64,000 nt of DNA, from the NCBI GenBank assembly GCA_963663805.2, contig CAXXMR010000013.1, forward strand, positions 463,896 through 527,895, written 5' to 3'. Source of the DNA: Sedimentisphaerales bacterium. GTDB lineage: Bacteria > Planctomycetota > Phycisphaerae > Sedimentisphaerales > SM23-30. This document shows positions 50,434-60,527 of this stretch, in pieces (position 1 is the stretch's first letter; every line of letters begins with the position of its first letter). The notes beneath the pieces are model-generated. The model saw nothing but the letters and a program-made list of their open reading frames with translations. It did not search any database and was not told where the DNA came from. A program made the position numbers and the translations under genes.

Positions 50434-50874
50434 ATGAACGGTAACAGATGGAACAGATTTGGATGGGAGTTTGACCCCTGGCGTGAATTTCGTCGCTTGC
50501 AGCATGATGTAAATCGGGTGTTGGGTGACGGTGCGGCGACGGTCCGGGAGTATCCGGCAGTGAATTTGTGGAATGCCGACGGCGATGTCATTTTGACAGC
50601 GGAAATTCCCGGCATCGCACCTGATGAGCTGGATGTTTCGGTACATGAAAACCTGATAACGCTGAAAGGGACACGCAGGCCGGACGAACTCAAGGAAGGC
50701 GAAAACTATCATCGGCAGGAACGCGGCAGCGGCAATTTCACGCGGAGTATCCAGTTGCCTTTTGAGGTTTACGCCGACAAGGTCGAAGCCAAACTCGAAA
50801 AAGGCGTACTGGAACTGAAACTGCCCAGAGCGGAAACCACCAAACCACGTAAAATTGCGGTAAGCACAAACTAA
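50434..50874 (+). CDS. Hsp20 small heat-shock protein
   Basis: PAVN, AEIPG, ER.SG.F.RSI.LP, GVLEL.LP; SD GGAGGT. Confidence 0.95.
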   Translation: MNGNRWNRFGWEFDPWREFRRLQHDVNRVLGDGAATVREYPAVNLWNADGDVILTAEIPGIAPDELDVSVHENLITLKGTRRPDELKEGENYHRQERGSGNFTRSIQLPFEVYADKVEAKLEKGVLELKLPRAETTKPRKIAVSTN

Positions 50875-50895
50875 CAAGATTGGAGGTGATGATTT

Positions 50896-51318
50896 ATGTC
50901 TAACATAGAAGTAAAAAAAGAAGCTAACCAAACTATGGAAAAAGCCGAGGCCCAAACCCCCGGCCAAATGGAACGGACTCACGAACGAATGGTGTTTATC
51001 CCTCGTACGGATATTTACGAAACCGCCGACGGACTGGTGCTGGTGGCGGATATGCCCGGTGTCGATGAGAACAGCGTGGACATAAACGTGGAAAGACGTG
51101 TGCTGACTATCACCGGCCAAATGAACACCAAAGAATCCGCACTCGGCAGAGCGATGTACACCGAATACGAAACGGGCGACTACGAACGTTCATTTACACT
51201 GGCCGAAGAAGTGGATGCTGAGCATATCGCAGCTACTGTCAAAAACGGTGTATTGCGGCTGATACTGCCGAAATCTGAAAAAGCCAAACCGAAAAAGATC
51301 GCTGTAAAGGCAGGTTAG
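50896..51318 (+). CDS. Hsp20 small heat-shock protein
   Basis: P.TDIYE, ADMPGV, Y.RSF.L, NGVL.L.LPK; SD GGAGGT. Confidence 0.95.
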   Translation: MSNIEVKKEANQTMEKAEAQTPGQMERTHERMVFIPRTDIYETADGLVLVADMPGVDENSVDINVERRVLTITGQMNTKESALGRAMYTEYETGDYERSFTLAEEVDAEHIAATVKNGVLRLILPKSEKAKPKKIAVKAG

Positions 51319-51342
51319 TCCATTCAACAGCTAAGTGCGTTG

Positions 51343-51376
51343 GGGACGACAGGGTTGGTCTTGTCGTCCCTTTTTT
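51343..51376 (+). terminator. Intrinsic terminator after the Hsp20 pair
   Basis: GGGACGACAGG/CTTGTCGTCCC stem plus T6. Confidence 0.85.
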
Positions 51377-52181
51377 ATTGCTTTAGACGCCGCAAAACAG
51401 TCTGATAGAATTTATCCTGTGTCTGTGATTCCTGCCAGGGATAATGGCCGCAATTGGCGAATTCAACATATTCCAGTTGAGGCATATATTCGATTAACTG
51501 GTCGCGAATCTGAACGCCCGGATGAGGATCGAAATCGCCGTGCAGCATGAGTACGGGATTTTTAATATTGGCGAACGTGGCGGGATAACGACGCTGCTTC
51601 TGCTGATTTATCATATCGTCCCAGGTTTGATGATGGGCACGGGCATCGGGGGTTATCTCGTCGTCGGGCTCTTCCGGCAGCAGTGAATAGTAATAAATCG
51701 GCTGGATGATTTTACCCATGGCGGCCAAACGTTCGTCAGGATTGGGAATATCATTACCAATACTTTCGAGCTGAGCCCTGATTTCCGGGGTTATTCGCTG
51801 CTGAATTGTCTGCTTGAGAATTTTACGATGACGACTATCAAAAGTCCCGCACCCAACCAGAATCAATGAATCAACACACTCACAATATTCAGCCGCATAA
51901 GCAAGCGTAAGCATCGCACCCCAGGAATGTCCCAAAAGGTGAGGCTTCTCATTGGGGCAGTGCTGCCTGATAAAATCATGAAGGTCGCTGATATGCCGGT
52001 CAACGGTAAGAGGTAAATCACTGCTGGACCGTTGAAACGGCTCGAACAGGCGAAAATCATCAGCGAAATAACGTCCTATCGGAGCAAGGTTACCCGGTGC
52101 CCCAGGTCCGCCGTGAATGAGGATGATTGTAGGGCCGTTCACGCCGTAAGAGCGAAACCGGAGTTTGGGTGAGTCAGACAT
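51375..52181 (-). CDS. Alpha/beta hydrolase (proline iminopeptidase-like)
   Basis: HGGPG, GHSWG, HGDFD, GHYPW. Confidence 0.88.
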   Translation of the reverse strand: MSDSPKLRFRSYGVNGPTIILIHGGPGAPGNLAPIGRYFADDFRLFEPFQRSSSDLPLTVDRHISDLHDFIRQHCPNEKPHLLGHSWGAMLTLAYAAEYCECVDSLILVGCGTFDSRHRKILKQTIQQRITPEIRAQLESIGNDIPNPDERLAAMGKIIQPIYYYSLLPEEPDDEITPDARAHHQTWDDMINQQKQRRYPATFANIKNPVLMLHGDFDPHPGVQIRDQLIEYMPQLEYVEFANCGHYPWQESQTQDKFYQTVLRRLKQ

Positions 52182-52184
52182 GGT

Positions 52185-52904
52185 TTATTCAGGGATGGCC
52201 CAGCCGCTTTCTTTTTTATAGAGCCAGCGTTGGAAAACAATGCCGCAAAAGGTGGGAGTAATCAGTATTAAGGGCAGGAAAAAGTTATTGCCATGTATCG
52301 CGTACGAAAGTGATTCGGCGAGATTTGGCTGTGTATTCAGCAACGCCAGAGCGCCCATTACCAAAAACATCGAACCTTGCATACAGGTAAAGAGCATAAT
52401 TGACATTTTGAAGGACGAAAACGCCAGAAATCCGCCAGCGATTATTCCGGTCATAGCCCCTGCCCAAATCATCTGATCCGGCAGCCCGCAAGCGCGCCAG
52501 GCCGCGGCACCAATGAGCGTGCCACAGGCTGCACCAAGCACGGCGACACAATATTTCATGAAAGGCCAGGACATCGCCCCCAAAATCAAAGTGCCCATAA
52601 CCCCACCCAACGCCGGTGAGCCCATTTTGGCGCCAGCCATCCGGCCCAGAAACATCCCCACCATCGCGACATTGATTATTACCAAAGCCCGAAAGACCCG
52701 CCAGCCATAAACAATGTAAATTATCGCGAAAGCAAGACAAACAACTGCCTGAAGCCAGCCCAGACTGGTTATCAGATTCCAGAAGTCCTCAATGGGCGTT
52801 CGTCCCATGATGACAACCGGTTCAATGACGGTTTTCTCAGGTGCCGCCAAAGGGACAACACCGGAGGCGGCCTGAGCGAGTATACAGTTAATTACGTTTA
52901 TCAT
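52185..52904 (-). CDS. Gly-rich multi-pass membrane protein (DUF4203-like)
   Basis: Several GxxxG-rich TMs, YGWRVFR. Confidence 0.65.
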   Translation of the reverse strand: MINVINCILAQAASGVVPLAAPEKTVIEPVVIMGRTPIEDFWNLITSLGWLQAVVCLAFAIIYIVYGWRVFRALVIINVAMVGMFLGRMAGAKMGSPALGGVMGTLILGAMSWPFMKYCVAVLGAACGTLIGAAAWRACGLPDQMIWAGAMTGIIAGGFLAFSSFKMSIMLFTCMQGSMFLVMGALALLNTQPNLAESLSYAIHGNNFFLPLILITPTFCGIVFQRWLYKKESGWAIPE

Positions 52905-52907
52905 GGC

Positions 52908-53870
52908 TTATTCCTTCTTTTTCTCTTTATCGGCTTTTTTGGGCGAACGAGCCAAAATGGGCTGCACTAGGGCACCAAAGAAAAGCATACCTATAAATAT
53001 CGCTGGTAAAATTTTGGGCCTGCCGTCAAGAATCGTCACAATCGGTATCCCCTTGGCCAGGGCCAGCAACATTACTCCCAATATCACGCTGGTAGTACCA
53101 ACAATACTGCAACAAAGCACCATAAGGGTGTTTTTCAGCAAAATAGCGATGACCAAGCCAACTGCACCACCGAGAATCAGCCACATTGCCAACCCGTTTC
53201 TCTGGGCAAAAGCGGTATTTTTTACATCCGACCACAAGCCGCGAAGACGGTCAAGCCCCTGAAGAGCCGCATCCGGGTCGCGTTCGGTGCGATAGGCGGG
53301 GTCTTCAGGTTGAGGAGCGGGCTGTTTTTTCTGCTCATCCGTCGAAGTCGCTGAATCATCCTGTTTTTCCGCCCGCTGCTTGGCCAGCCTCTGCCAGTAA
53401 TCCAGCCCATCGGTCGAACTTTCCTCTTCTGCCGCCACCAGAGGTGGAGGAGTAAATGTCCGGGAAGGCTTGCCAGATTCCTCCCCATAACTGGTCTGCT
53501 GATTAAGAATTTCATGAATTGCCTGCGAATCAAATTTGAAACCCAGAAAAAACGTGCCGAAAAATGCTGAAAAAATCAGAACCGCAAGCAGAAAAACAAT
53601 AGGCCCCTTCAGAAACCGCGCCAGCAGGCCAAGAAATACCATCCCTACCGCGGCAGAACCTAAAGTATTTATTTGCATAACCTTACCGACAACCAAACCG
53701 AGCAGTCCGCCAAAAATCGCCCCGATAAAAGCGATAACATACCCAGCATACCGCATCCCGCCCAGCCACATAAAAAGGCCAACTATGCAGAGAATTATCC
53801 CCGGCAGCAGCAGTAACACACCGCTGACCTGAAGACAAGCATCCTGTAATCTAAACAATATTTCCGGCAT
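52908..53870 (-). CDS. Gly-rich multi-pass membrane protein with central soluble loop
   Basis: WLGGMRY, TM blocks either side of a long hydrophilic loop. Confidence 0.65.
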   Translation of the reverse strand: MPEILFRLQDACLQVSGVLLLLPGIILCIVGLFMWLGGMRYAGYVIAFIGAIFGGLLGLVVGKVMQINTLGSAAVGMVFLGLLARFLKGPIVFLLAVLIFSAFFGTFFLGFKFDSQAIHEILNQQTSYGEESGKPSRTFTPPPLVAAEEESSTDGLDYWQRLAKQRAEKQDDSATSTDEQKKQPAPQPEDPAYRTERDPDAALQGLDRLRGLWSDVKNTAFAQRNGLAMWLILGGAVGLVIAILLKNTLMVLCCSIVGTTSVILGVMLLALAKGIPIVTILDGRPKILPAIFIGMLFFGALVQPILARSPKKADKEKKKE

Positions 53871-54066
53871 ATCAGTATTATTAAGGTATTCAGCTATCCC
53901 AATTTGGTAGTACCACTATGCATGCGCGCACTATGCGGATACTGTTACAGTATATCGGCCAAACACGCGGATTTTGCCTAGTCCCGATTTAGATTGGCCA
54001 GAAACCCAAAACTGGGATATAAGAATACAGCGAATGGATTCGGTTGGTTGTGATGGAGAGATGTAA

Positions 54067-55002
54067 ATGTCGTTGCCCGTAAATGTGCTGATAATCGCCT
54101 TGAGTTGTGGCGCGATGTGGATTGGTGCCAACTGGCTGGTGGATTCAGCCGCTCGAATCGCCCGCAAGTTCGGGATTTCCGAGTTGGTGATTGGGCTTAC
54201 GGTAGTGGCCTTTGGCACATCGGCGCCGGAATTCGCGGTGACGGTAGGTTCATCGATTAAGGGGCTGGGTGGAATTCCGGTCGCGAATATCATCGGCTCC
54301 AACATATTCAATATCGGGTTCATCCTGGGCGGCTGTGCTCTGGTGCGGGTCATGGATACCAGACGTTCTCTGGTTTGGCGGGATGGGGCTTTGCTGCTGG
54401 CAAGCACCGCCGGACTGGTGGCGGCAATGTATAATAATGTGCTAGGCAGAGTAGAGTCTGCTTTGCTAGTGCTGGTGCTGGTGGGTTATCTGATTTTTCT
54501 GTTTGTCAAACGAGAGCCGTTGGAAATTGATGAACAAATCCCCCAAAAACCCGCCACGTGGAAAGATTACCCCATGTTGCTGCTGGGACTGCTGCTGGTG
54601 GTAGGCGGCGGAAACTTTCTGGTCGATGCCGCCGTCGAAATCGCTCAGGCCGCGGGCATGTCCGAAACCGTAATAGGCCTGACAATTGTCGCCGCGGGCA
54701 CGTCCCTGCCGGAATTCGCGATTTCATTAATCGCCCTGCTCAAGAAACAGCATGGCCTTTCGGCGGGCAACCTGATTGGCTCGAATATTTTTAACACCCT
54801 GGGTGTACTGGGCGTTGCGGGTATGATTCGGCCTCTGCCGGTGGATAATACCGCATTGATGAGCCTTGCTGGTCAGGGAGCATTGACTCTGCTGGTGGTG
54901 ATTTTCATGTGGACGGGCAAAAGGCTAACCCGCTGGGAAGGGGCCATTCTAGTCCTGGTCAGCGCGGGAATATGGTTTATGAGCTTCAGATTTGGGCAAT
55001 AA
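54067..55002 (+). CDS. Calcium/sodium antiporter (YrbG/CaCA family)
   Basis: Alpha repeats GTSAPE/GSNIFN and GTSLPE/GSNIFN. Confidence 0.93.
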   Translation: MSLPVNVLIIALSCGAMWIGANWLVDSAARIARKFGISELVIGLTVVAFGTSAPEFAVTVGSSIKGLGGIPVANIIGSNIFNIGFILGGCALVRVMDTRRSLVWRDGALLLASTAGLVAAMYNNVLGRVESALLVLVLVGYLIFLFVKREPLEIDEQIPQKPATWKDYPMLLLGLLLVVGGGNFLVDAAVEIAQAAGMSETVIGLTIVAAGTSLPEFAISLIALLKKQHGLSAGNLIGSNIFNTLGVLGVAGMIRPLPVDNTALMSLAGQGALTLLVVIFMWTGKRLTRWEGAILVLVSAGIWFMSFRFGQ

Positions 55003-55302
55003 TACCAAAAATATCGATAATGCGAAGTAAGTTAAGGCCTTTCGGAATAGTTTGTGGGAAACATAATTTTTGGGCTCCGGCTTACTTTTTAGAATACAAG
55101 TGCTGTTCTGAGGCGAATTGTACGGATAGATCGCTGCTTTTGTTGTCTGGTTGTTAGCCTTTGCGGGTTATATGGTTTGGGCGGGAGGTAATATTTCTGA
55201 TTATGGTGGGGGTGGTTTGGGTTTGTCTGGTTTGTATAGTATATTTCAATTGGTGAAAATGGTTTTTTGAAGATTGATTTTATGGAGAATATAATACTAT
55301 AA

Positions 55303-56697
55303 ATGACCTGGAATTTGGAAATAACATCCGATAAGCGTGCGGTGTACCTGGATTTGCGTGAATTTGGGCCGGACGAGCAGATAGACAGTGAACAGCTGAG
55401 CGAAAGCCTGACTGAGCGAGGGGTTTTTGTTGATGCTGATTTGCTCAAACATATTTATCAGGTTGTTCACCAGGTCAATTCATCCAAGATTGATTCCAAA
55501 GAGCCGGTATTGGCTGAGACGATAGAGCCGGTCACGGGTGAGGATGCCAATTTTGAGTGGTCGGAAAAATGCAACCCGGACAAGCGCCAGGGGCATAGAG
55601 ATGGACCGGGTGATGGGGGACGCCAGAGTTTTTATAGTCAGAGCAGTTTGATAATTGTATCGAAGGGTGATTTGCTGGGTGTTTTGCATCCGGCGACAGC
55701 GGGTCAGGCGGGGCGTGATATATTCGGAAATTCTATAGCGGCCGAGTCGGGTAAAGGGCTGGAGATTGAGGCGGGGGAGAATGTTGAGTTTCGGGCCGAA
55801 GGTAATGGATTTCGGGCTCTTTGTGACGGCAAGCCGCAACTTGAAAAGTCAGTGCTTTCGATTGACCCGACGGTAAAAGTTGAATCGGATGTCGATTTCG
55901 GCACGGGCAATATCAGTTACGGCGGTGACATTGAGATTAAAGGGGACATTAAAGACCTGTTTGAGGTTAGCACCGGTGGCGATATTACGGTGGCGGGAAC
56001 GGTTGAGGCCGCGCGGATAGATTGCGGCGGGTCTTTACACGTGGGACGTGGGATTGCCGGTAAGGAGAAGGGGGCGATAACGGTCCAAAAGGATTTGAGT
56101 GCGAAATATCTGTCGAATGTGTCGATCTGGGTGCATGGCAAAGTTACGGTAGAGTCGGAGATTATAAACGCGGATTTGAATTGCGGGGGCGATGTAGTAT
56201 TGCAGAAGGGGGCGATTCATGGTGGTCAGGTTACGGCGGCGGGCAGTTTGCACGCTCATATAATTGGTAGTCCATTGGGGGTAGCTACAGTTATTCGAGT
56301 GGGAATAGACCCATTTGTCGAGATGCGGGCTGCTTTGCTGATGGAAAACAAAAGTGAGCTGATAGAGGTGATAAATCGTTTGCTGCCTCAGGCTAAGAGT
56401 CTGTTGGCGGCTAATCAGGGACGTCCTACCGATGAAGTCCGTGATTTGGCGGGTAAGATAGATAGTTATCAGAAAAACATCAAACAGATAGAGGCGGAGC
56501 TGGCTGAACTGGAAAAACAAAACGCCGAGCGGACGAATAGTGTTATTATGGTTGAGAAGCGTATTTATGCGGGTTCGATATTTCATGTTGGTTCGGTTTG
56601 GGAGAAAGTGAACCGGAAGATTGGCGGACCGATAGAAGTTATCGTTAGTCCGGAAAACGCCAGTACGCTTCTGCTGCAATATCCGCAAAAGCGTTAG
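55303..56697 (+). CDS. FapA/DUF342 family protein
   Basis: G..G.DIFG, DVDFGTGNI, beta-helix-like repeats, I.GG, coiled-coil insert. Confidence 0.85.
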   Translation: MTWNLEITSDKRAVYLDLREFGPDEQIDSEQLSESLTERGVFVDADLLKHIYQVVHQVNSSKIDSKEPVLAETIEPVTGEDANFEWSEKCNPDKRQGHRDGPGDGGRQSFYSQSSLIIVSKGDLLGVLHPATAGQAGRDIFGNSIAAESGKGLEIEAGENVEFRAEGNGFRALCDGKPQLEKSVLSIDPTVKVESDVDFGTGNISYGGDIEIKGDIKDLFEVSTGGDITVAGTVEAARIDCGGSLHVGRGIAGKEKGAITVQKDLSAKYLSNVSIWVHGKVTVESEIINADLNCGGDVVLQKGAIHGGQVTAAGSLHAHIIGSPLGVATVIRVGIDPFVEMRAALLMENKSELIEVINRLLPQAKSLLAANQGRPTDEVRDLAGKIDSYQKNIKQIEAELAELEKQNAERTNSVIMVEKRIYAGSIFHVGSVWEKVNRKIGGPIEVIVSPENASTLLLQYPQKR

Positions 56698-57611
56698 ATG
56701 AATTGCAGAGGGGTGATAGGGGGGATTATGCCTGCCTGATGTCCCTGTTTGAGGAATTCACTGAGTGCTTTTTGGCCGGCGGGACCGTAGTCGAGCGTCC
56801 ATTTATTGACGTACATGCCGATGAACTGGTCGGCGAGTTCAAGGTTTATTCCCTGACCGAACTGGAGAGCGTATTCAATGGCCTCTCTACGATGGTTCAG
56901 GCTGTAGGCGATGGATTGTTTGAGGATTCGGCTGATGTGAGCCATTTTTTCTGGCCCGAGATCGCGGCGGATGATATTGCAACCCAGAGGCAGGGGCAGG
57001 GCGGTTTTGTCGAACCACCATTTGCCGAGGTCGAGCAGGCAATGCAAGCCGAAATCAGAGTAGGTTAGTTGTGATTCGTGGATGATTAGCCCGGCGTCGG
57101 TCTGAGCTTCTTTGACTGCCAGAGGGATTTTGTCGAAGGGGATTACCTGATATTTGAATTCGCCCAGAGCCAAACGCAATGCCAGAAAAGCGCTGGTGAG
57201 GATGCCGGGGATGGCGATAGTTAATTTAGATGCTTGGTCGAGGCCCAGAGGCTCGCGGGCAATCAGCAGGGGACCGTGGGCACTGGGTGCGGGGGTGTTT
57301 TGAGCTTCGGTGGGGATTTGGGTGTCCTGATTATTATCGGGTGGAATGTAGGTTGCCAGTTCGGTAGCGCCCATACTGGCTCCGGTAGCCAGGAGAGCGT
57401 ATTTGTCCTGAAGCCAGGCGTAAGCGTGGACACTTACGGCGGTTACTTCAAGTTCGGCGTTTTGGGCCCGGTCGTTAAGCGTCTGAATGTCCTGGAGGAT
57501 GTGCTCGAATTCAAACGGGCCGGGGTCGATTAAGCCTTTGGCCAGGGCATAGAACATGAAGGCGTCGTCGGGGTCGGGCGAGTGTCCCAGTCTGATGAGT
57601 TGTTTAGCCAT
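56694..57611 (-). CDS. mqnD: 1,4-dihydroxy-6-naphthoate synthase (futalosine pathway)
   Basis: GHSPDPDDAFMF, DIQTLN, IIHE, DLG.WW, LPLPLG, MYVN. Confidence 0.9.
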   Translation of the reverse strand: MAKQLIRLGHSPDPDDAFMFYALAKGLIDPGPFEFEHILQDIQTLNDRAQNAELEVTAVSVHAYAWLQDKYALLATGASMGATELATYIPPDNNQDTQIPTEAQNTPAPSAHGPLLIAREPLGLDQASKLTIAIPGILTSAFLALRLALGEFKYQVIPFDKIPLAVKEAQTDAGLIIHESQLTYSDFGLHCLLDLGKWWFDKTALPLPLGCNIIRRDLGPEKMAHISRILKQSIAYSLNHRREAIEYALQFGQGINLELADQFIGMYVNKWTLDYGPAGQKALSEFLKQGHQAGIIPPITPLQFI

Positions 57612-57719
57612 AATATCTCCTGTCCATTTAACATCTTATATATGGTGATTGGCGAGGATGCAAAAGTTTTTTTTGGTTGTTTGTTTGACAGATAGAATTC
57701 GGTGGTTTATCATGGGTGT

Positions 57720-58697
57720 ATGGACAGGTTCTTCGATTATCCACTGAGTTTGCGGCAATCTTTTGCCGCTGTTGATGTTCGATTTGGTGATTTTGAGGTT
57801 GCCAGGGTTTCGTCTGGCTGTCAGAGGCGTTATGCCGATTTTTCGAGCGTCAAGGTGGTTTTATGGGATGTTTACGGTACGATTTGCGGGGTGGGAGTAG
57901 GTGATTTGGAGCAGTCTCTGGGTAATCAGGGACGGTTGTCTCAGGCTGCGGGTTTTTTGGCTGAGGAATATGGTATAACAGGGACGCTATCGAAGGTTGA
58001 ACCGGGCAAAAAAGCCGGGGTAGTGCTGGCTGAGCTTTATCATCGTTATATCGATGAGAGTCACAGTCAGTCGCGGACACGGGGGGTGGAATATCCGGAG
58101 GTTGTAATCGAGCGGATTTGGCTGCGGATATTGCGCGATTGTCGGCAGTGGGGATATAAACGCTCTTTTGATGAGCCGGAACTTCATACGGCTTATCGCT
58201 GGGCGTACTTTTTTGACTCGGCGATGCAGCATACTTATCTGCTGCCGGGAGCCGCCGGGACGCTCAGGGCCTTGGCGGAGAAAGAGTTGGTGCAGGGCAT
58301 CATCTCAAACGCTCAATTTTATACTCCACTGCATTTGCGGCGGTTGTTACGCAAAGCTGAGGGGCGGGACGAATTTGAGTTGGCGGAGTTTTTTTCTGAA
58401 CAGCTAACAATATTGTCATACGAAATGGGTTGCAGCAAACCGAACCCGGCGGGCTTTGAACATGTAAAAGTAATATTGAGCAGTCTGGGCATTGGACCGG
58501 ACCGGATATTGTATGTGGGTAATGATATGCTAAACGATATTTGGGCAGCAAAACAACATGGTATGCGCACGGCTCTTTGGGCGGTTGACGGTGGCAGCGT
58601 GGTTTGGCGTGATGATGATGAACGCTGTAATGATAGTCCGCCCGATGCGGTAATCACCGAAGCGGGACAACTTGTTGAAATGATTGCGAGTGGATAG
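57720..58697 (+). CDS. HAD-superfamily phosphatase (putative MggB-like)
   Basis: WDVYGT, GIISNAQ, KP, YVGNDMLND. Confidence 0.8.
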   Translation: MDRFFDYPLSLRQSFAAVDVRFGDFEVARVSSGCQRRYADFSSVKVVLWDVYGTICGVGVGDLEQSLGNQGRLSQAAGFLAEEYGITGTLSKVEPGKKAGVVLAELYHRYIDESHSQSRTRGVEYPEVVIERIWLRILRDCRQWGYKRSFDEPELHTAYRWAYFFDSAMQHTYLLPGAAGTLRALAEKELVQGIISNAQFYTPLHLRRLLRKAEGRDEFELAEFFSEQLTILSYEMGCSKPNPAGFEHVKVILSSLGIGPDRILYVGNDMLNDIWAAKQHGMRTALWAVDGGSVVWRDDDERCNDSPPDAVITEAGQLVEMIASG

Positions 58698-58698
58698 T

Positions 58699-60498
58699 AT
58701 GACGAAAAAAATTAAGCAATTGCGTCTGGGTATGTTGCATTATCACTGGCTGACCGGCGGGGTCAGGACGGTGGTGAGCAATACTCTCAAGTCGCTGATT
58801 GCTTATGGGGGGGGAGATATTTTGGAGCTTGATTTAATTTCTTCGGACGCACAGAGTCCGTCGGGTGAGGCTTTAGCGAAGGAGTTGCGGCAGTGGGCGG
58901 ACGAGCAGGATTGCGGCGAGGTTGTAATTCGGCAGATTGAATTGCCGGAGCTGGCTTATCGACGTGAGCCGTTCCGGGGACGCTCAGAGCTGGTTGAACA
59001 GGCTCGGAAATGGGCTAATCAGCTTTTGGGGCAGCTTGAGTTGGGACGTTCGAGTATAGAGCGGCCTTATGTTCTGCATGTTCATAATCTTAATCTGGGC
59101 AAAAGTGCGCTGGCGACGCTGGGAGTCAGGATGTTGGCTGAGCGTTTTGCAGGCGATAATATGCCGGCGTGGGTATTGTATCAGATGCACGATTTCGCGG
59201 AGGATAATCGCCCGGATTGCTGGCGGGTTTTACGCGACTGCACGGGTGTAAGTGACGCGAACTGGGCGGTAGAGATGATGTACCCGTGTCGGGGTCGGAT
59301 ACATTGGTCAGTTATTAATTCAACTGACAGGAAAAAGTTAATCGCCGCAGGTTTGCCGGAAGACAGGGTTTCGCTGCTGCCTAACGCAATTGATACACGG
59401 GCGTTCTCTACGCCGCCGCTGGCGAGTTTGAATACAGATGAATTAGCGGAGCAGAAGGTTGATAAAATAGACTTTCGAGATGATTTACGCAATCGCCTGG
59501 CGGAGTTTGCCGCTGAAAATGGTTTTACATTTGATAAGGAACGTAAGTTGTGGCTGATGCCTGTTAAGGCGATTCGACGGAAAAATGTATCAGAAGCGGT
59601 ACTGTTATTGCTGATGATGAATTGCCAGAAGGATGAACATCAACTATTGATAACGCTGCCTGCCAACAGTGAAGCTGATTTGGAATACGCCGGACAGCTT
59701 GAGCGGCTGGTAAAGAATAATAAGCTGCCGGTAATGATGTCGTTTGGCTATAAAGTTCTGGCGGGAGTTGATAAACGCAAAATCGAACGGGGTAGAGTTC
59801 AACAGTATGGCCTGGTCGACTTGCTGGATATTTGTCAGGGTGTACTGACCACTTCAGTGCAGGAAGGGTTTGGTTATGCATTTCACGAACCGTGGCTGGC
59901 AAGCAGGGCGGTGATGGGACGCAATATCAGCCAGGTTACAGATGACTTCAAGGCGGCGGGAATGCGTCTGGAGCATCTGTACGAAAAAGTATTGGTGCCG
60001 GGTGAGTGGGTGGCGCGTTTCTGGGATGATATTGTCGTGGCCTACGGGGAAAAATTGAACAATATGCGTGTGCAGGCAGGGATGGCTGAACTTGATGATT
60101 CACATGTGGTTGAGTTGGTAAGTCGTCATAAGCGACATTATCAGGATGGTGAAAACGGCTGGCGAGTGGACTGGGCTGATCTTCTGCCGGAAGTACAACT
60201 TGTTTTATTGCAGGATATTATGTCTGGCAATGGGAATTTAGCTGCTGTCGAAGTGGTGGGTCGGTCGGGCGATAAGATAAGTCAGTGGCAAAAATTGCCG
60301 GATGAGGCTATAATCAGCCGGAATCTCAAGGTCGTATCCGAACAGTACGGTTTGCCGGTTAAGTCGCGAAATCTTTTGAGGCTGATAGCGTTGGGCAACG
60401 ATGGCTCTGGTTTGGCGGGTTCCGGTTCGGATTTCGTAGACAACAGAGTTATTTTTGAGCAGGCTTTGAATTTGGAGATGATGCGTTTGTTGGTTTGA
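58699..60498 (+). CDS. GT-B glycosyltransferase (putative MggA-like)
   Basis: HYH...GGV..V, HN..LGK, HDFAED.R, IRRKNV.E, TTS.QEGFG..F.E. Confidence 0.78.
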   Translation: MTKKIKQLRLGMLHYHWLTGGVRTVVSNTLKSLIAYGGGDILELDLISSDAQSPSGEALAKELRQWADEQDCGEVVIRQIELPELAYRREPFRGRSELVEQARKWANQLLGQLELGRSSIERPYVLHVHNLNLGKSALATLGVRMLAERFAGDNMPAWVLYQMHDFAEDNRPDCWRVLRDCTGVSDANWAVEMMYPCRGRIHWSVINSTDRKKLIAAGLPEDRVSLLPNAIDTRAFSTPPLASLNTDELAEQKVDKIDFRDDLRNRLAEFAAENGFTFDKERKLWLMPVKAIRRKNVSEAVLLLLMMNCQKDEHQLLITLPANSEADLEYAGQLERLVKNNKLPVMMSFGYKVLAGVDKRKIERGRVQQYGLVDLLDICQGVLTTSVQEGFGYAFHEPWLASRAVMGRNISQVTDDFKAAGMRLEHLYEKVLVPGEWVARFWDDIVVAYGEKLNNMRVQAGMAELDDSHVVELVSRHKRHYQDGENGWRVDWADLLPEVQLVLLQDIMSGNGNLAAVEVVGRSGDKISQWQKLPDEAIISRNLKVVSEQYGLPVKSRNLLRLIALGNDGSGLAGSGSDFVDNRVIFEQALNLEMMRLLV

Positions 60499-60527
60499 TT
60501 TTTTTGCAACTTTGGAAAGGATAAGCA

